Positions 32,112-47,381 of a DNA stretch of 64,000 nucleotides are shown one piece after another. Source of the DNA: the human T2T-CHM13v2.0 reference genome, Homo sapiens. Made by a program: the position numbers and the translations under genes. The notes under the pieces were generated by a model. The model was not told the DNA's origin. It did not search any database and saw only the letters and a program-made list of their open reading frames with translations. The stretch is taken from assembly GCF_009914755.1 (NCBI RefSeq), contig NC_060931.1. The stretch is one strand, 5' to 3'. Positions within the stretch are counted from its first letter, which is position 1. Every line of letters starts with the position of its first letter.

Positions 32112-33229
32112 ACCAGGCATTTTCATGGAAGCTGAACTTGGAAGAGAAGTTATCATCCGCAGGGCTTGCTCTAAGGAAGGAGAACTGGCCTGGCACCTCT
32201 CACCTCCTCCAAGAGAACTGGACCTTTAACCAGCCCAGTGAACCCACCTAGGAGAAAAACGGGCCAGCCAGGCTTGGATATGGCCAGTCAATGCAGTACG
32301 AGGGAAAATCCTCCTCTAATCCTCCACACCCCTCCCCACACCCCTGGAGAGAAAGAGACTGCAGGAGCTTTGAGTTCCCGCGAGAGGTCAACGTGGGAGA
32401 CAAAACAACTTCATTTGACCTGACTATACGTTGATGTGGTTTTTGAGGCAGAGCCTCTTCGGGAGGAATTACCTGAATCCCCAAGAAGATACAGAGATAA
32501 CATGGCAGGATGTCCAAGATGTCATAGGCCAGGCAGCTGCTGCGGGACTCCCGGGCTGCCTATCTGTCCTCCTGCCTTGGCCATAGGTTGGGAGCTGAGC
32601 ACGACATCACTCCTCTGCTGGGAACAAGAAAAGGACACGTCTGGGCATTTCAAGAGGGATCAAGTGGACTTTCTGATTTCATCCAGGCAGACGGCCTTCA
32701 AAACGCAAGAGGCAGTGGGATGGGGACAACTGTTGGCCAGCTAGGGATTTTAGGCGCAGACTCAAAAGAGCAGTGGCTTCCTATGCTATGATCTGCAGCA
32801 GGGCCTCTGTGTGAAGTCTGGGGCCACACGAGGGGAGTGGGCACCTTACCCGATGCCTCGGCAGAGGAGCAGCTTTGTGGGAGAGGAGATGGGGCCAACT
32901 CCAAGATCAGAAAATGGGTAGTTTTCCCACACGGACCAGTGTTTCCAACTGCCAAAGTCCTCCTCACAACATGTTTATCATAATGGGCGGCTTCCTTACC
33001 CATCCCTTCTGCTGGAATGTCAGTTTCCAGCATGCATGGATTGTTTCTCACTCTTCTCACTCATCCCAGCTTCTAGTGAAGCCCCTGTGCTCAGTGTAGA
33101 CTGAACGAATGAATGTAACACTGTAAATGAGTACTGTGCATACAGAATGATAGCCAACTTGCATTCCTCTCGGCGTAACCAAAATTAACTTTGAGTTATA
33201 GACCTTCCCTTCAACTTATTGGTGGGATA

Positions 33230-33400
33230 GCTTACAAACTGGGCCCCTTCCTTATATTTCTGTCTCAGTTTTCTGAGCTATATAAAAGAAATGTCAATAG
33301 CACGTACCTCATAGATGGATGAGAAAATCAAATTGGAGCATGACCGCATAGCCTAGCGCCTGGCACAGTGTAATTGCCCCATCAATATTAGCTGATCTAA
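33230..33400 (+). mobile_element. MIR
   Basis: tctgtctcagttttctg...aatagcacgtacctcatag...gcctggcacagt. Confidence 0.65.
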
Positions 33401-33848
33401 TTACTCTGAGCTTCCATATTTCCATATGTTCAAAGGGCTTTGCACATGTGCTTAAGGCCAACATTTGAGCATCTGGTCATGAGTGAGAAGAACATGACAG
33501 CATTGTCTCTGGTGTGGCCAGAAGCTAGTAAGGCCACCAATATGAAGATCAGGCCACTCTATGTGATGTGCTTCCACAGGGTTCTAGGCACCAGCCAGAT
33601 CACAGAAGGCAGGTCTCTACAATGTCACAGCCTGAGGATAGTGCGGGCTTCCCATGGAGACAGTTCTAGAGAGAATGTTGAGGTCATCCACTCCAATGCC
33701 CAGCTCCCTGCCTACATGTCCTTTACATCAGCCCAGCCTCAGAGAACAACTTCCGGAGCAGGGCCACATTATGATGCTCACAGGCACTAAGCACTTGGAC
33801 TCTGTGGGCCCCTTCCTCCATAGAAAATACATTTAAAATTGTATTTGG

Positions 33849-34140
33849 AAGCTGGGCATGATAGCTCACTCCTGTAATCCCAGCACTTTGGGAGGCTGAG
33901 AAGGGCAGATCACTTGAGCTCAGGAGTTTGAGACCAGGGCAAGACCCCATCTCTACAAAATACACAAAAATTAGCCAGTGTGGTGGTGCACACCAGTAGT
34001 CCCAGCTACTCAGGAGGCTGAGGTAGGAGGATCACTTGAGCCCAGGAGTTGAGGCTGCAATGTGCCGTGATTGTGCCACTGTACTCCACTCCAGCCTGGG
34101 CAACAGAGCAAGGCCTTGTCTCAAAAATAAAATAAAATAT
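33849..34140 (+). mobile_element. AluJ
   Basis: aggatcacttgagcccaggagttgaggctgca J-type right arm. Confidence 0.9.
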
Positions 34141-34225
34141 TATATTATATTTGAGGACTACATTGGTGTAAAGATGAATATATATATGTATATATATGTG
34201 TGTGTATATATACATATATATATAT

Positions 34226-34356
34226 GTAGTATTTTTAGTAGAGACGGGGTTTCACCATATTGGCCAGGCTGGTCTCGAACTCCTGACCTCAGGTGATCTG
34301 CCCGCCTCGGCCTCCCAAAGTGCTGGAATTACAGGTGTGAGCCACTGCACCTGGCC
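34226..34356 (-). mobile_element. Alu left arm only, next to a (TA)n/(TG)n tract
   Basis: gtatttttagtagagacggggtttcacc...gcacctggcc. Confidence 0.9.
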
Positions 34357-34637
34357 TATATTAATATATTAAATCCTTTTCTTTGACCTTAAAGTGCATA
34401 TATTCCTTCCAATTTTAAAAGAAATGAGGACATATTCATGGGTCCTGGGCACCGTGCTTCCTGCACCTAAATGGATTAGCAGCTCCGCTCTGCAGAAGCA
34501 GGAGCAGGAGATGAGATGGGGGTGGGGGTTACCACTAGCTTTGATGTGGAAAGAGGCAAGCAAGCCACCAGAAGAACTGGGCAGTCATCCCCTACCGTCT
34601 CCAGGAGATCACTGTGCTAAGGAAACATTATATTCTA

Positions 34638-34875
34638 AGCAGAGTTCCTCAGACTCTCGGCACTATTGATGTTTTGGACTGGACGATTCTTTGTTGTGTT
34701 GTGTGGTTGGTGGCATGGGTGCTGTCTTGTGCATGATATTATGCTAAGCAGCATACTGGCCTTACCCATGAGATGCCAGTAGCACTCCCTCCCCCAACAT
34801 GTGACAACCAAAAATGCCTCCAGACATTGTCAAATATCCCCTGGGGGTCAAACTGCCCCCCACTAAGAACCACTA
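34638..34875. mobile_element. MER20 hAT MITE
   Basis: ggcactattgatgttttggactgga..attctttgttg...gtgacaaccaaaaatgcctccagacattg...aagaaccact. Confidence 0.9.
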
Positions 34876-36841
34876 TTGTGAGAGCATTGGTCCCCTCAAG
34901 GAAGCCCTAACTTTGGGACGGTGCTGGGTGGAAAGGATGGGGAGGTGAGTGGAGTGGGTAGCACCCTGTCCTGTGTGGAGATAAAGGAAGCCAGTCCCTC
35001 TCCATGGGGGCCGAGCACTGGCAAATGCTCATCCTAATTCCTTCCCAGTATACTCCTGCAAAGCCCTGTTGCAGGGATGGAGGAAGCCTGGCATTGCACA
35101 CCAAGAAGAACCCAGGGCTAAGGTCCAGGATCCTGATATGGGGTCTACTGACCTGGCCCTGGTTCAGCTCTGCAGGATCATTTGGTTCTCATTACAAATC
35201 AGCATTTGCTCATTCATCTCGTTAACACTAGGTCCTAAAACATCTATGTAAGAGTTTTGCTTCAGCTCATCTATTTAGTGACTGCTCATCTACTCCAGGA
35301 AGCCCTCCCTGACTCCACCGCAGCCAGCCTCAGACTAGAGAAGGTCTGTCCTTCCTCAGGGGCTCCTACAGAATCATGAGCATGTTTACCACAGCCCCAG
35401 ACACTCATATCATAATCCTATGATTCCTTACCCAAAAGACTGTATAGTCCCGTAACTTCTCTATCTCCATCCCTAGTACATAGTGCTCTTGGCACTGATG
35501 AAACGAATGAACAAATATACAAACAATGACTATGGAGAATCTTTCTAACTGATTTTTAAAAATAAATCTCTAACTTTAGCTGGTTGGAACTCATCTGAAA
35601 CATCATGCCTACTCTCTTTAGACTTCTAGGGAAAAAAGGATGTATTGAGGCTGCTTGGAACACGGGATGCACGTGGAAGAAATCTGCTTTTCCTAAAGTG
35701 GTCAAAGCCGAGCCAAAGGTAGACTGGAGGGAGCTCTGGATCCTGAGTGCTTATGCTGAGATTTCAGTGAATGTGTGTAGGAATCCACAAGGAACAGTGA
35801 GAAAATTCACGATTGAGGAAAGAGGAGGGGGAGAGGGAGATGGAGTGATTGACCGATGGATTCTGAACAGGCAAGTCACAGAGAAGCAGCAGCAGTTGGG
35901 CCAATGTGATTCTGTCACCCCCCAGCTCAGCAACCACAAGCACCTGACGTCGCCTCTCCCAGCCTGTCTCCCCCTCTAGAATCTGGAGGGGTCATAAGGA
36001 TGCCCGCAGGCTAGCATACATGCAACATGTGTGCCATCCACTTGCGCATACTTGTGAATGAGCTCACAGGGCCGTGGCCGCTCCAGCTGTGTGTGTCCTG
36101 CCAGCAAGCTCACATCGCACCCTCTCCCAGGACCTCTAGGAATTCTCAGGAAGGTGAAGGCGAGGGAGACAGCATGACGGGGAAAAAATGTGGGCCCTAA
36201 CCTACTTGCCTTTTTTTCCCCAGTAGAGCAGGAGCCAATGTCAAAGACTGTTCACAGTCTGATGATCTCTGAATCATCTAAGGTCTGTCCATATCAGTGT
36301 GGACCATCGGAAGGTCGTGGAAACCACTTCTGCATCTGCTTTAAAACAGTTTTCTGGGAAATGGATCCTACCTGAGGGTCCACATGAAAAAAAATTAGAA
36401 CATAGAACCGGGAGACACCTTGCCTTCCCTGAGAACAGCTGGTCCTTCCCGTGTGAAGAGAGTGTGACCAAGAAGCCCACCAGCCAGAACTGGTAGAAAG
36501 CTCAGAGCCTGGGAGAATACTTTGAGCTCAGTGATACCAGCCCTTCTCTGAACATACTCATTTTCCTCTCCTTTCTGTGTGCTTGATTGTTTATCTCTGT
36601 ATTGTTCACCTAATTGTTTATAAATATACCTTTTGTTGTAAACTTCCTCAAGTCATCTAGGCAAAGAGGGGGGCATAGAAATGAACAGCAGGGACACAGG
36701 ATGCTAAGAGTCCTGTGTGTCGGTGAGGAAGGGCTTAAAGACATTCACAGAAACAAGGAACAGCCCGGAGATAGCTTAGAGCCGGGTTTCTCAGTTGCGA
36801 GCAGGAGATGCCTCATCTCAGAGCATATGAGAATATGGGTA

Positions 36842-36983
36842 GGCCAGGCACGGTGGCTCACGTCTATAATTTCAGTGCTTTGAAAGGCCGAGGTGGGAGG
36901 ATCTTTTGAGCCCAGGAATTCGAGACCAGCCTAGGCAACATAGGGAAACCCTGTCTCTACCAAAAAAAAAAAAAAAAAAAAAA
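36842..36983 (+). mobile_element. FLAM-C/AluJ monomer
   Basis: Single Alu arm plus poly-A. Confidence 0.88.
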
Positions 36984-36987
36984 TCAA

Positions 36988-37009
36988 ATATATACACACA
37001 TATCTATAT

Positions 37010-37042
<33 letters not shown>

Positions 37043-37068
37043 CATGTGTATGTGTGTGTGTGCGTATG
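36988..37068. repeat. Compound (TA)/(CA)n-(TG)n microsatellite
   Basis: Read directly from the sequence. Confidence 0.95.
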
Positions 37069-37339
37069 AAGTACTTTTTAATTCCACAGAATCCCTTGCT
37101 GGGAGGAGTCTGTGTGTGTGACTCAAAGCAGCAGAAGAAAGCTTGCAAGCCCCTTTTTGGAGGAAGAATGAATTCTTCATGAAGCACTTCCCGACATTGA
37201 GAATGGTATGAGAATATGAGCCATAACCTCCTCTTCTGGTTGGAGGAGTCTGTCAACTCAATGCATGGATTGTAATTTTACCATAAGACTTGATCAAAAG
37301 AGGCATCCTGATTGAGGTTTGGAATTTTATAGCACTTTA

Positions 37340-37699
<360 letters not shown>

Positions 37700-38984
37700 T
37701 TATTGCTTCCCTCTGACAGATGAGGAGATTGAGGCTCCCTGAGGTTACAAGGCTTGTCTGAGGTCCACCAGAGGAGGAAGGTTCCACATAGGGACAAGTA
37801 GAGTTGAGGTCTGTCATCTGGTGTGGCCCTGGGCATACAGAGACAGTCCTCCAGCTCCCGGGAACAGACTAGCAGAGCAGGAGGCGGCACTGATGTGCAG
37901 AGAGCAGTAATGACAAGGCTGGGGATTTCTTGGGGGAAGGTGAATGCCTTTCCCCCTCTGACACCATCTATACCCAATACAGCCTTTCCTTCTTTCCAGC
38001 CTCCAAGGCTCACCTGACCTAGGCTCGTTTCCTAACACTCCCGTTCACCTGGCTCTCCCCAGTGGGTTTGTCCAGGTTTCTCCCAATGTGGCTTCCATGG
38101 TCCTGCCTCAGTGCCTTTTGTCACCCTGGGCCCCCCTCCATCTCCACCACCTGCTTCTTGTACTCGCGGCCTCCTTGGAAGAGCTCAAATTCCTCCCCCG
38201 TCACCTTTCCTGATTCCCCACCTGCCTGTGGCCTTTATCTCTGGTGCATCATGTGCCATTTTCTGCCTTGTATCAGAGATATTTTTCAGATGCCGCCTCT
38301 TCCTGCTTTTGCCTAGCTGGGCCATAAGCTTTCAGGGTCGGGAAGGTGCCTTCCCCCAGTTTATAACCCAGTTCCAGCAGAGCAACGTGCTCCCCAAAAC
38401 CAGCAGCATCTCAGAATGGTGACTTCGTCATCTGGGTGCTGCTCTGAGGCTGTGAGAAAAACAGCAGGAAGAAAGGCCACTGAGAAGGAGAGGGATAGGT
38501 GCCCAGAACCCCCACTCTCAAGTTTGCCTCAGGGAAGCCAGAAATGTAGGAACACACAACTGTCTCCAGAAAATGGAATCTTCAACTCATTTCCCAAGTT
38601 TTTGTGTCGTTGCTGTTTAGGGGTTGTTTTTGGCTCCCGAGAGCTAGTGGCACCTCCGCTGAGTGACGTGAGTTCTTTGGTGCCTCCCACACTTTCTCAG
38701 AAGAGAATGCATGTGGCTCTTTGCTGGAAGGCTGACCAGCAGCAGGCAGGGGCCGGCAGCCATGCTCCAGGGAAGCCTGAGAGCCCAGCCTGGATCGTGG
38801 GTGGTCCCTGTCCCCAGACATCTGGCCTGGGCCTGATTAGGGCTACAGAACTGGCCCATGCAGTGGGTATTGGCAAGAACAGAGGGTCTTCCCGCCCGGG
38901 TCCACCCTGTTATGTTCAAGTGGCCAAAACAAGTTGGAGGGGGTGGTGGGGCCAGGGCTCAGGGCCCAGCTAGACAGATCATCA

Positions 38985-39130
38985 GATGAGTCACTGTGAC
39001 TTGACTTCTCTGGGCCTCAGGTCTCTCATCTGTAAAATGGGAACAGAAGTGCCTGTTTCCATTGGCTTGTCTGGAAGAAAATAAAGTTCAGAAAGTGCTT
39101 AGGGCATACTGGCTGCTCAATAAAAGTGAC
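38985..39130 (+). mobile_element. MIR
   Basis: ctctgggcctcaggtctctcatctgtaaaatggg...gctcaataaa. Confidence 0.75.
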
Positions 39131-40548
39131 TTCTTTCTCTCTCACACTTTGCTTCCATTCAGAGAAAGCTTCTGAAAAGAGAAACTGAAATGCAACCTGG
39201 AAAACAGGCCTTCAGATTCAACAGATCCACCCTGTGCATTAGGGTGTCGCAAACGGGATCAGTTGCTGGGATTACCAGGAAATCCAATCTTCTAAATCTT
39301 CCCCCCTCCTTTGTAATTTACCGTTTATTCGGGGCGGATTCTGTGTCTGTTGTGATGGTGACCACAGGTGACACTAAGGGGCACTAACGCTGGAGGTGGG
39401 GAGGGAGTGCTGCATGGGTCTCATCATCTGAACCCTGATCTAAAGCATGAGGCTAGGCCTTAGCACTAAGAAGGAGTCAGGGCAGTAGGACCTCCCCGCA
39501 GCCCTTCTTCCTGCTCCCCATCTTTCTCTCCCTCTGTCTCCCACCGGGCCTTACCGAGTAAGTGGAGTGCTCACGGCTAGTGACGGCGGAGTTCATGGCA
39601 ACTGGGGTCTTCTTCTGGCTTCCTCTGGGGAAGCAGGACAGGGAACACCAAAAAAAAAAAAAAAAAAAAAGTGAAGCTGCCTCAGGAGCCAGAGATTAAT
39701 TTCTCTAGGCAGGACTCTGCACCAAGGGCGGGTCCTGGGACTACCCAGGCAGCCCTCAGGAGGGAGGGGCCTCCAGCTCCTACGTGCCTGCTCCTCTAAA
39801 ACAGACTCCCGCTCCAGCCTGTCCTGCAGGGAACCAAGGTGCATTCGGTTGCAGGAAATGTTTCATAAGTTTCGGTAGCTGCAGAGGAGTTAATGATCCC
39901 CCACAGCACTCAGGAAACCAAGGGGAGGACAGCCCATCAGGGTGTAGCAGAAGAGCACTTTCTGGAAACCAGGTTCGAGGGGGCAGAAAAGGAGGGGGAT
40001 GAGGGTGAGGCTCTGGCTGGAACATCGAGGCTTTTCCATTTTCTAAGCTGATTCCTTGTGACTGGTTGAGCTGAATGGAAATCGTTGCAAAATAGCTGGA
40101 ACAGCGTGACCCCTGAGATGCCTAATGAGATGATTAATAGGGAAGAAGATTACGCCTTGTCCTGGCCACAGCTGCTAAGGCTTATGGGTAGGGCAAAGGC
40201 CTCACAAGGCTCAGGTGAGAGCCTGAGAGACAAATGCTTCTAATCCTTCATGCTTGTTTCCCAAAGACCCAGAAACACCTGATAATCTGCCTTCTAAAGA
40301 CAGAAGTCCAGGAAGGTGTAGTTTCGCTGTTATTCTGCACAGAACACTTGAAAGCCCGTCCTCAAAAGCTCTTGATCAAACCCCACTTCATGAAGTCCAA
40401 AGCAAGCAAATACCAGCTCCTCATGGTGGCAGAATGTTCTGGAAAGGGTGGCACTGGCTCCCAAGGTTCACGAAGTGCATGACAGGACCCACATAAAGTC
40501 AACGGGAGTTGGTCCAAAAGGAAGCCCTGAAAAACATGACGATGAGAT

Positions 40549-41434
40549 TGTGGAAGGAAAATAAATCTTGGGACCCCAAATCACTAAGCCAAGGGCAAAG
40601 TCAAGCTGGCCTCAGGCAAACCTGCCTCCCATTTTTTCCTAAATAAGATAGCTGCAAAGATAAAAACGCTGCATACCTCACTCGCAATTTGCCCACGAGG
40701 AAACTCCTTGTGGACCTCAAGATCTTTACCCTGAAACAGCTCTGTGGAATTTCACCCTAGGAGTATAAACTGACAGCTGATCTTCATAGGTGCAGGACAG
40801 AAAGTCATCCCTCTGCTCACCAGAGACAAATACATGTCTGATTGCTTCCTCTGCCCTATTGTTTATGTAAAAATGCAGATTCTGGCTGGGCTCACACCCA
40901 TAACCCCAACACTTTAGGAGGTCCAGGCTGGTGGATCACTTGAGGTCAGAAGTTCGAGATCAACCTGGTCAACATAGCGAAACCCCATCTATACTAAAAA
41001 TAAAAAATTAGCTGGGTGTGGTAGTGCACACCTATAGTCCCAGCTATTTGGGAGGCTGAGGCAGAAGAATCACTGGAACCCTAGAGGCGGAGGTTGCAGT
41101 GAGCCAAGATGGTTCCACTACACTCTAGCCTGGGCAACAGAGCAAGACTCTGTCTCAAAAAAGAAAAAAAATGCAGATTCACTGAGCCAAACTAAATTAT
41201 GTATTCAGTGAAAGGCTGATCAAGGATGCAAAACAAAGCAAACTTATCTACGCCCTATGACCTGGAACCCCCCCCCCCGCACCCACCACCATGTCTCCCT
41301 AAAATGTATAAAACCACCTTGGGCACATGTCCTCAGGACCTCCTGAGGCTGTGTCACAGGCACATTCTTAAACTTGGCAAAATAAACTTTCCAAGTTGAT
41401 TGAGGAGACCTGTCTTAGATATTTTGGATTCAGA
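40549..41434 (+). mobile_element. MER4A-type ERV1 solo LTR (TSD agat) with internal Alu
   Basis: tgtggaaggaaaataaatcttgggaccccaaatcactaagcc...aataaactttcc...ttggattcaga. Confidence 0.88.
40884..41171 (+). mobile_element. AluS in MER4, TSD aaaaatgcagattc
   Basis: Alu body plus duplicated flank. Confidence 0.93.
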
Positions 41435-41638
41435 AGATGTTTGAAGAAGGAGAAGACAGATTAGGCTTGGGCTGTGACAGAAAAACCAAGATGAAGAGAC
41501 AGTCAAAAGCTGCTAAGTCACTGACTGTTACTGAACACTTGGCTTTGTACACCATGCTCTGCCTTTATATGTACTCTCTTATTTCATCTTCATGACACAC
41601 CTGGCATTCACATCTTTATTTATAGATTAAGAAATTCA

Positions 41639-42043
<405 letters not shown>

Positions 42044-42950
42044 TCAAACCTAGGCTGTTCCATAGCCCATGGCATACAGAGCACAGTGAGTAAAGACCCT
42101 CTGGGCCTGGGCAGGGGCTCCGGAGGAGATGGCCCATGGCCCAGAGAGGTTCTGATTGAGGTTCAACAAGTGTGGCCATGGAAAAAGTGTGGATCCTCCA
42201 CCGTCATTCTTAGGGCCCCACGTTCACCCCAGAAGTAAGATGGGAACTGCTGGGTGTCAGGAAGGCAGGAGCTCCTGCCGCTATGGAGTTCCCCTGAAAA
42301 CAATATGACTGCAATCCCCTGGGCTGGGCGAGTTGCCAGGCCAGGACTGGGAGCAGGGCCAACATCCACTGGTTGCCGTGGGAAGGCCTGGCCAGAGTGG
42401 ATCAGAGTAATGAGCCACCTCTCTGCCCACCACAGTCCCCCACCCTCGCAGACCAGCCAGCAACGTCTGTCCCAACTGCTGCACATGTTGTTTCTCTGGC
42501 CTTACTGACCACATCCAAAGGTGGAGTTTCTGGCAAAGGGGTCTGAAAACGCCTCTTCTATATCATTTTAAAGGGACTTAACCCAAGCCTTCTTCAGGGT
42601 GCCACCCTGACCAGGAGCAAGGCGATAGGTAAAACACTATCCCAACTCAGGTTAGTTTTATGCCAGAGTTTGGCCACTGTCTTTATTAAGGAGTGGTTTA
42701 TCTTGTCTGTCATTCTCATTGACTGTGGTCTCTATGATGAATGTAGTTTTCATTTGCTCTGCAATCCTTGACTTACCTTTTGGATAACTTCTGAAATGAG
42801 AGAAGGACTGCTGTCACTTTGTGTAGTGCATGGGAGTCCGAACTTGGGAATGATTTTCCTCACTAATGTCTTAGCTGCTTCTGTGGCTCTTTTGGACTTG
42901 GTGGGGTATGCTTTTACCCATCCTGAAAAGTTGTCTATAAATACCAGCAG

Positions 42951-43264
<314 letters not shown>

Positions 43265-44108
43265 TCACTGGCTGTAGGCATCTGAGTGAATTCTACCTGC
43301 CACTCTTTAAAAGGGCACAGTCCTTTGTGTTGCATTCCTCTGCTGGCAGAATTATGTTCGGTCTTGGGGTTATTTTTGGTGCACAAAACATACCCCTGTG
43401 TAATTTTCTGAATAGTTTTCCAAAGGTGGGGGCCACACAAGGTCTGCAAGCGTGCCTCTCTCATAGTGTGTTCTTTCCTGCACGTTTTAAAGCTGGATAG
43501 ACCAGGGCCTCGGGGAGTAAGACTGTTCCCTAAGCATCAGTTTTCCAGAATGGATCTGAGTCTGTTTTATCAAATCCCTAGTCCCCAGGCACACTTCTTG
43601 TCTTGCTCAGTATAACAGGGTTTGAAATCTGGCAAGTCCAAATGGGGAATTAAAGCTCCCAGCAGCTGCCTAATTTCCTTTAGTTGTCAATGAGTCATCT
43701 TTTTGGTGCCTGGTGCAATGCATAATGGAGGCCTGGGTGAGCAGAGCAGCCGCCTCTCGTTGAGCTAAAATTTTCATTGGGTGTTTAATGTCTTTATTTC
43801 CTAATGTCAGGAGGCCTCTCTCTTTCCAGATGGCCCCATGAGCATGCACTACCATGAAGGCATACTTAGAATCAGTGTAACCATTTTCCCTGGGATAGCT
43901 CCATGGGCCTGATGAGGGCAATTAGCTCAGCCTTGTGTGCAGAGGTACCAGCAGGAAGGGCGAGGGCTTCTTTTGCCTGGTTGATAGTTACCATGGCATA
44001 CCTGGCTTGGTGCTGTCCATCCTCCATGAAACTGCTCCCACTGGTGTAGAATTCCCGATCTCTGGCTGGTCTGCCAGGTCTGTTCTGCTGGAATAGACTG
44101 CAAAAAGG

Positions 44109-44399
44109 TTTTTTTTTGTTTGTTTTTGAGACTGAGTCTCGCTCTGTCCCCCAGGCTGGTGTGCAGTAGTGCAATCTCGGCTCACTGCAACCTGGGTTCA
44201 AGCAATCCTCATGCCTCAACCTCTTGAGTAGCTGGGATTACAGGCATGCACCACCACACCTGGCTAATTTTTGTATTTTTAGTGGAGACAGGGTTTCACC
44301 ATGTTGCCCAGGCTGGTCTCAAACTCCTGGGCTCAAGCAATCCAACCTCCTCGGCCTCCCAAAGTGCTGGGATTACAGGGATGAGCCACCTCGCCTGGT
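44109..44399 (-). mobile_element. AluJ/S in ERV tether-RNaseH region
   Basis: Dimeric Alu. Confidence 0.92.
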
Positions 44400-46917
44400 C
44401 TGCATTAAGGACTTTTAAACAGCCTTGCTGTAAATCAGAATTGGGTCCTTTAGCTGGGAGCATTGTTATCGGGTTTAGAGGTGTAGTAGTTTGCAGGGTA
44501 ACATTTGGGTGGGTCATCTAAGAGGATGGCCTAGTATTTGCCCATTTGCCCTGCAGTGAGCCATAATCTCCCTTCTGTTTTAGTAAAGTCAGTACCTGGT
44601 GGGGCACAAACACTGTAACTGACTGTCCCAGGGAAAATTTTTCTACCTCTTGCAAAACTATACAGGTAGCTACCACTGCCTGAAGGCAGGTTGGCCATGC
44701 CTTGGTTGTCTGATTCAATTGCCTAGAGAAACAGGCTATGGATTGCAGTGTGCCTCCTGCATTTGAATTAACACACCCAAATTGACTCTTTGTTTTTTAT
44801 GGATATAAAGTTTGAATGGCTTCTGGGGACCTGGTATCCCCAGTGCTGGGGTTGTTATTAATTTATCCTTAAAGGGGCTCTGAGTCTAGTCCCTTTAAGG
44901 CTTTCTAAAGTGGTTTGGCCATCAGCCCAAAATTGGAATCCAGATCCTACAGAAACGGGTCATTTCCAGGAATCCATGCAATTGCCTCCTCTTCTCCAGG
45001 GCTTTGATGGCTGCTATTGCCTGTTTTCAGTCAGTCATTTGGCTCCTCCTGTCTAGCCTTAACTTGAAGCCATGATAAATGACCTTTTGTTTGCAAATGT
45101 GAGCTGTCTGCTAGGATATCTTATATCCACAGGGGATACATTTTACCTACATTGAGCCAGGTGATTTAGGACTAGAATAGGTACTTCTCATAATCAGGGT
45201 CATCCACATATTGTAGCAAAACTCCTTCATCTAGTTGCAAGTCTCTAATCTCTTGCCAGTATTTCCCCCAAAACAGTGGGAGAGTTTTTGAACCGCTGAA
45301 GCAGTACTATTCAACAATACTGGAAAGTCACTTTGGTCTCCAGGTCTTAACATTTAAAAGTGAATAACTGGTGAGCTGCTTCCTCAATTGGAATACAGAA
45401 AAGATCATCTTTAAGGTCCAACACTGAAAACCATCTGTAGTTTCCAACTATAGCAGTTAGTAAAGTAGAAAGGTTACAAACAGTTGGGTGAATATCCTGG
45501 TCTATCTCATTAGTTGCTCTTAAGTTCTGGACAAATCAGTTTGCATCACAGTGTGGCCTTTTTACAGGCAGAATGGGGGTATTATATGGGAACCTGCAAG
45601 GATGAATTAGCCCATTCCTTAAAAATTTTTGCAAAATTGGTTGTGTTTCTTTTAAGGCCTTCTTTTTTAGTGGGTTTTGTTTTTCTGGGGCACCTTAGCC
45701 CCTTTATTTAATTCTAGATGCACTGGCTGTACATTTTTAGCTTTTCCCAGAGTTCTATCTGCCACAACTACTCATTTTTTTTTGTAGATTTGTGGAGGGA
45801 AAAGATTTTCTTCCTTTTTTTAGAGGGTAAGCAACATCTATAACGAAAGTGCTTGCTCTGGGGGAACCTGCAAGCATCACTGCTGTTCCTCAGGAAAGAA
45901 GGCTACTTGAGCATTTAATTTACATAGTAGGCCTCATCCAAGCAGAGGGATGGGGCATTCTGACATACATATAAATCATGTCTTAGTTCCAGATCCCCCA
46001 ACTTATATTTCAAAGGTTGAAAAGAGGCTTTTTGCTGGATACTCTCTGCTATTCCTGTCACGGGTGCTGTTATTCTTGTGCTCTGTGCTTCTGGGGTGTT
46101 AAGAATTGAGTATGAAACCCCTGTATCAACCAGGAAATTAATAAGTTTGCTTTCCACTGTCAATAATATCCAGAGCCCTTCTGGGGAAGTGTTAATTGGT
46201 TTTGTAAGACCTAAGGGAGCCCATGGGCATCCCCATTAATTATCACAGCTCTGTCCCTGCATCTGTTTATGACCTGTCTCCTGGATGGATCCTGATTTTC
46301 TTTGGCCCCCTGTCTCTTTTAGTTTTGAACAGCTGGCCTTCCAATGGCCTTCCTCCATGCAGTAAGCACATTTTTTGTGGCTTAGGGGCTCGCCCTGGTT
46401 CCTAGGGCATCGAGGAACCCTGCCTGTGCCATATATGCAGTGCCAGGTTGTTGTTCCTTTTCTCCCTTGTGGTCTCTTTGGTTATACACCTGCAAAGCAA
46501 TATACACCAATTGATCTGGGATCATTTCCAGCACCTTATCATATTTTTCTAATTTCTTCCTTATGTTGGAGGCACTTCTCTGAATAAAAGTCACATTTAG
46601 TAGCCTCGAGTTCTCAGACTTCTCAGGGTTTATGCCTGTATTTCTACAAAAAGCCTGGTAGATTTGTTCTATGAATTCAGAAGGATCCTCATTTGCCTTC
46701 TGGATGACTGTTTGGACTTTGTTGAGGCAATTTTGCTTGGGTATTCCCTTTCTGAGTCCAACTAGGACACACTTACATTAGTGTTCTAGGCAAGCTATAT
46801 CATTTGTTTGGTTGGGGTCCCAATGAGGGTTTGTACCTGGAATGTCCATGGCAGGATTGAGAGTATTTTATGGGTTGGTTTTATGGAGGTGCTGCACCTC
46901 CTCATTTGCCTCTTTAA

Positions 46918-47381
<464 letters not shown>

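Noticed and set aside
38416-38973. 185-aa ORF
   Set aside because: No homology or motif recognised; no convincing exon structure
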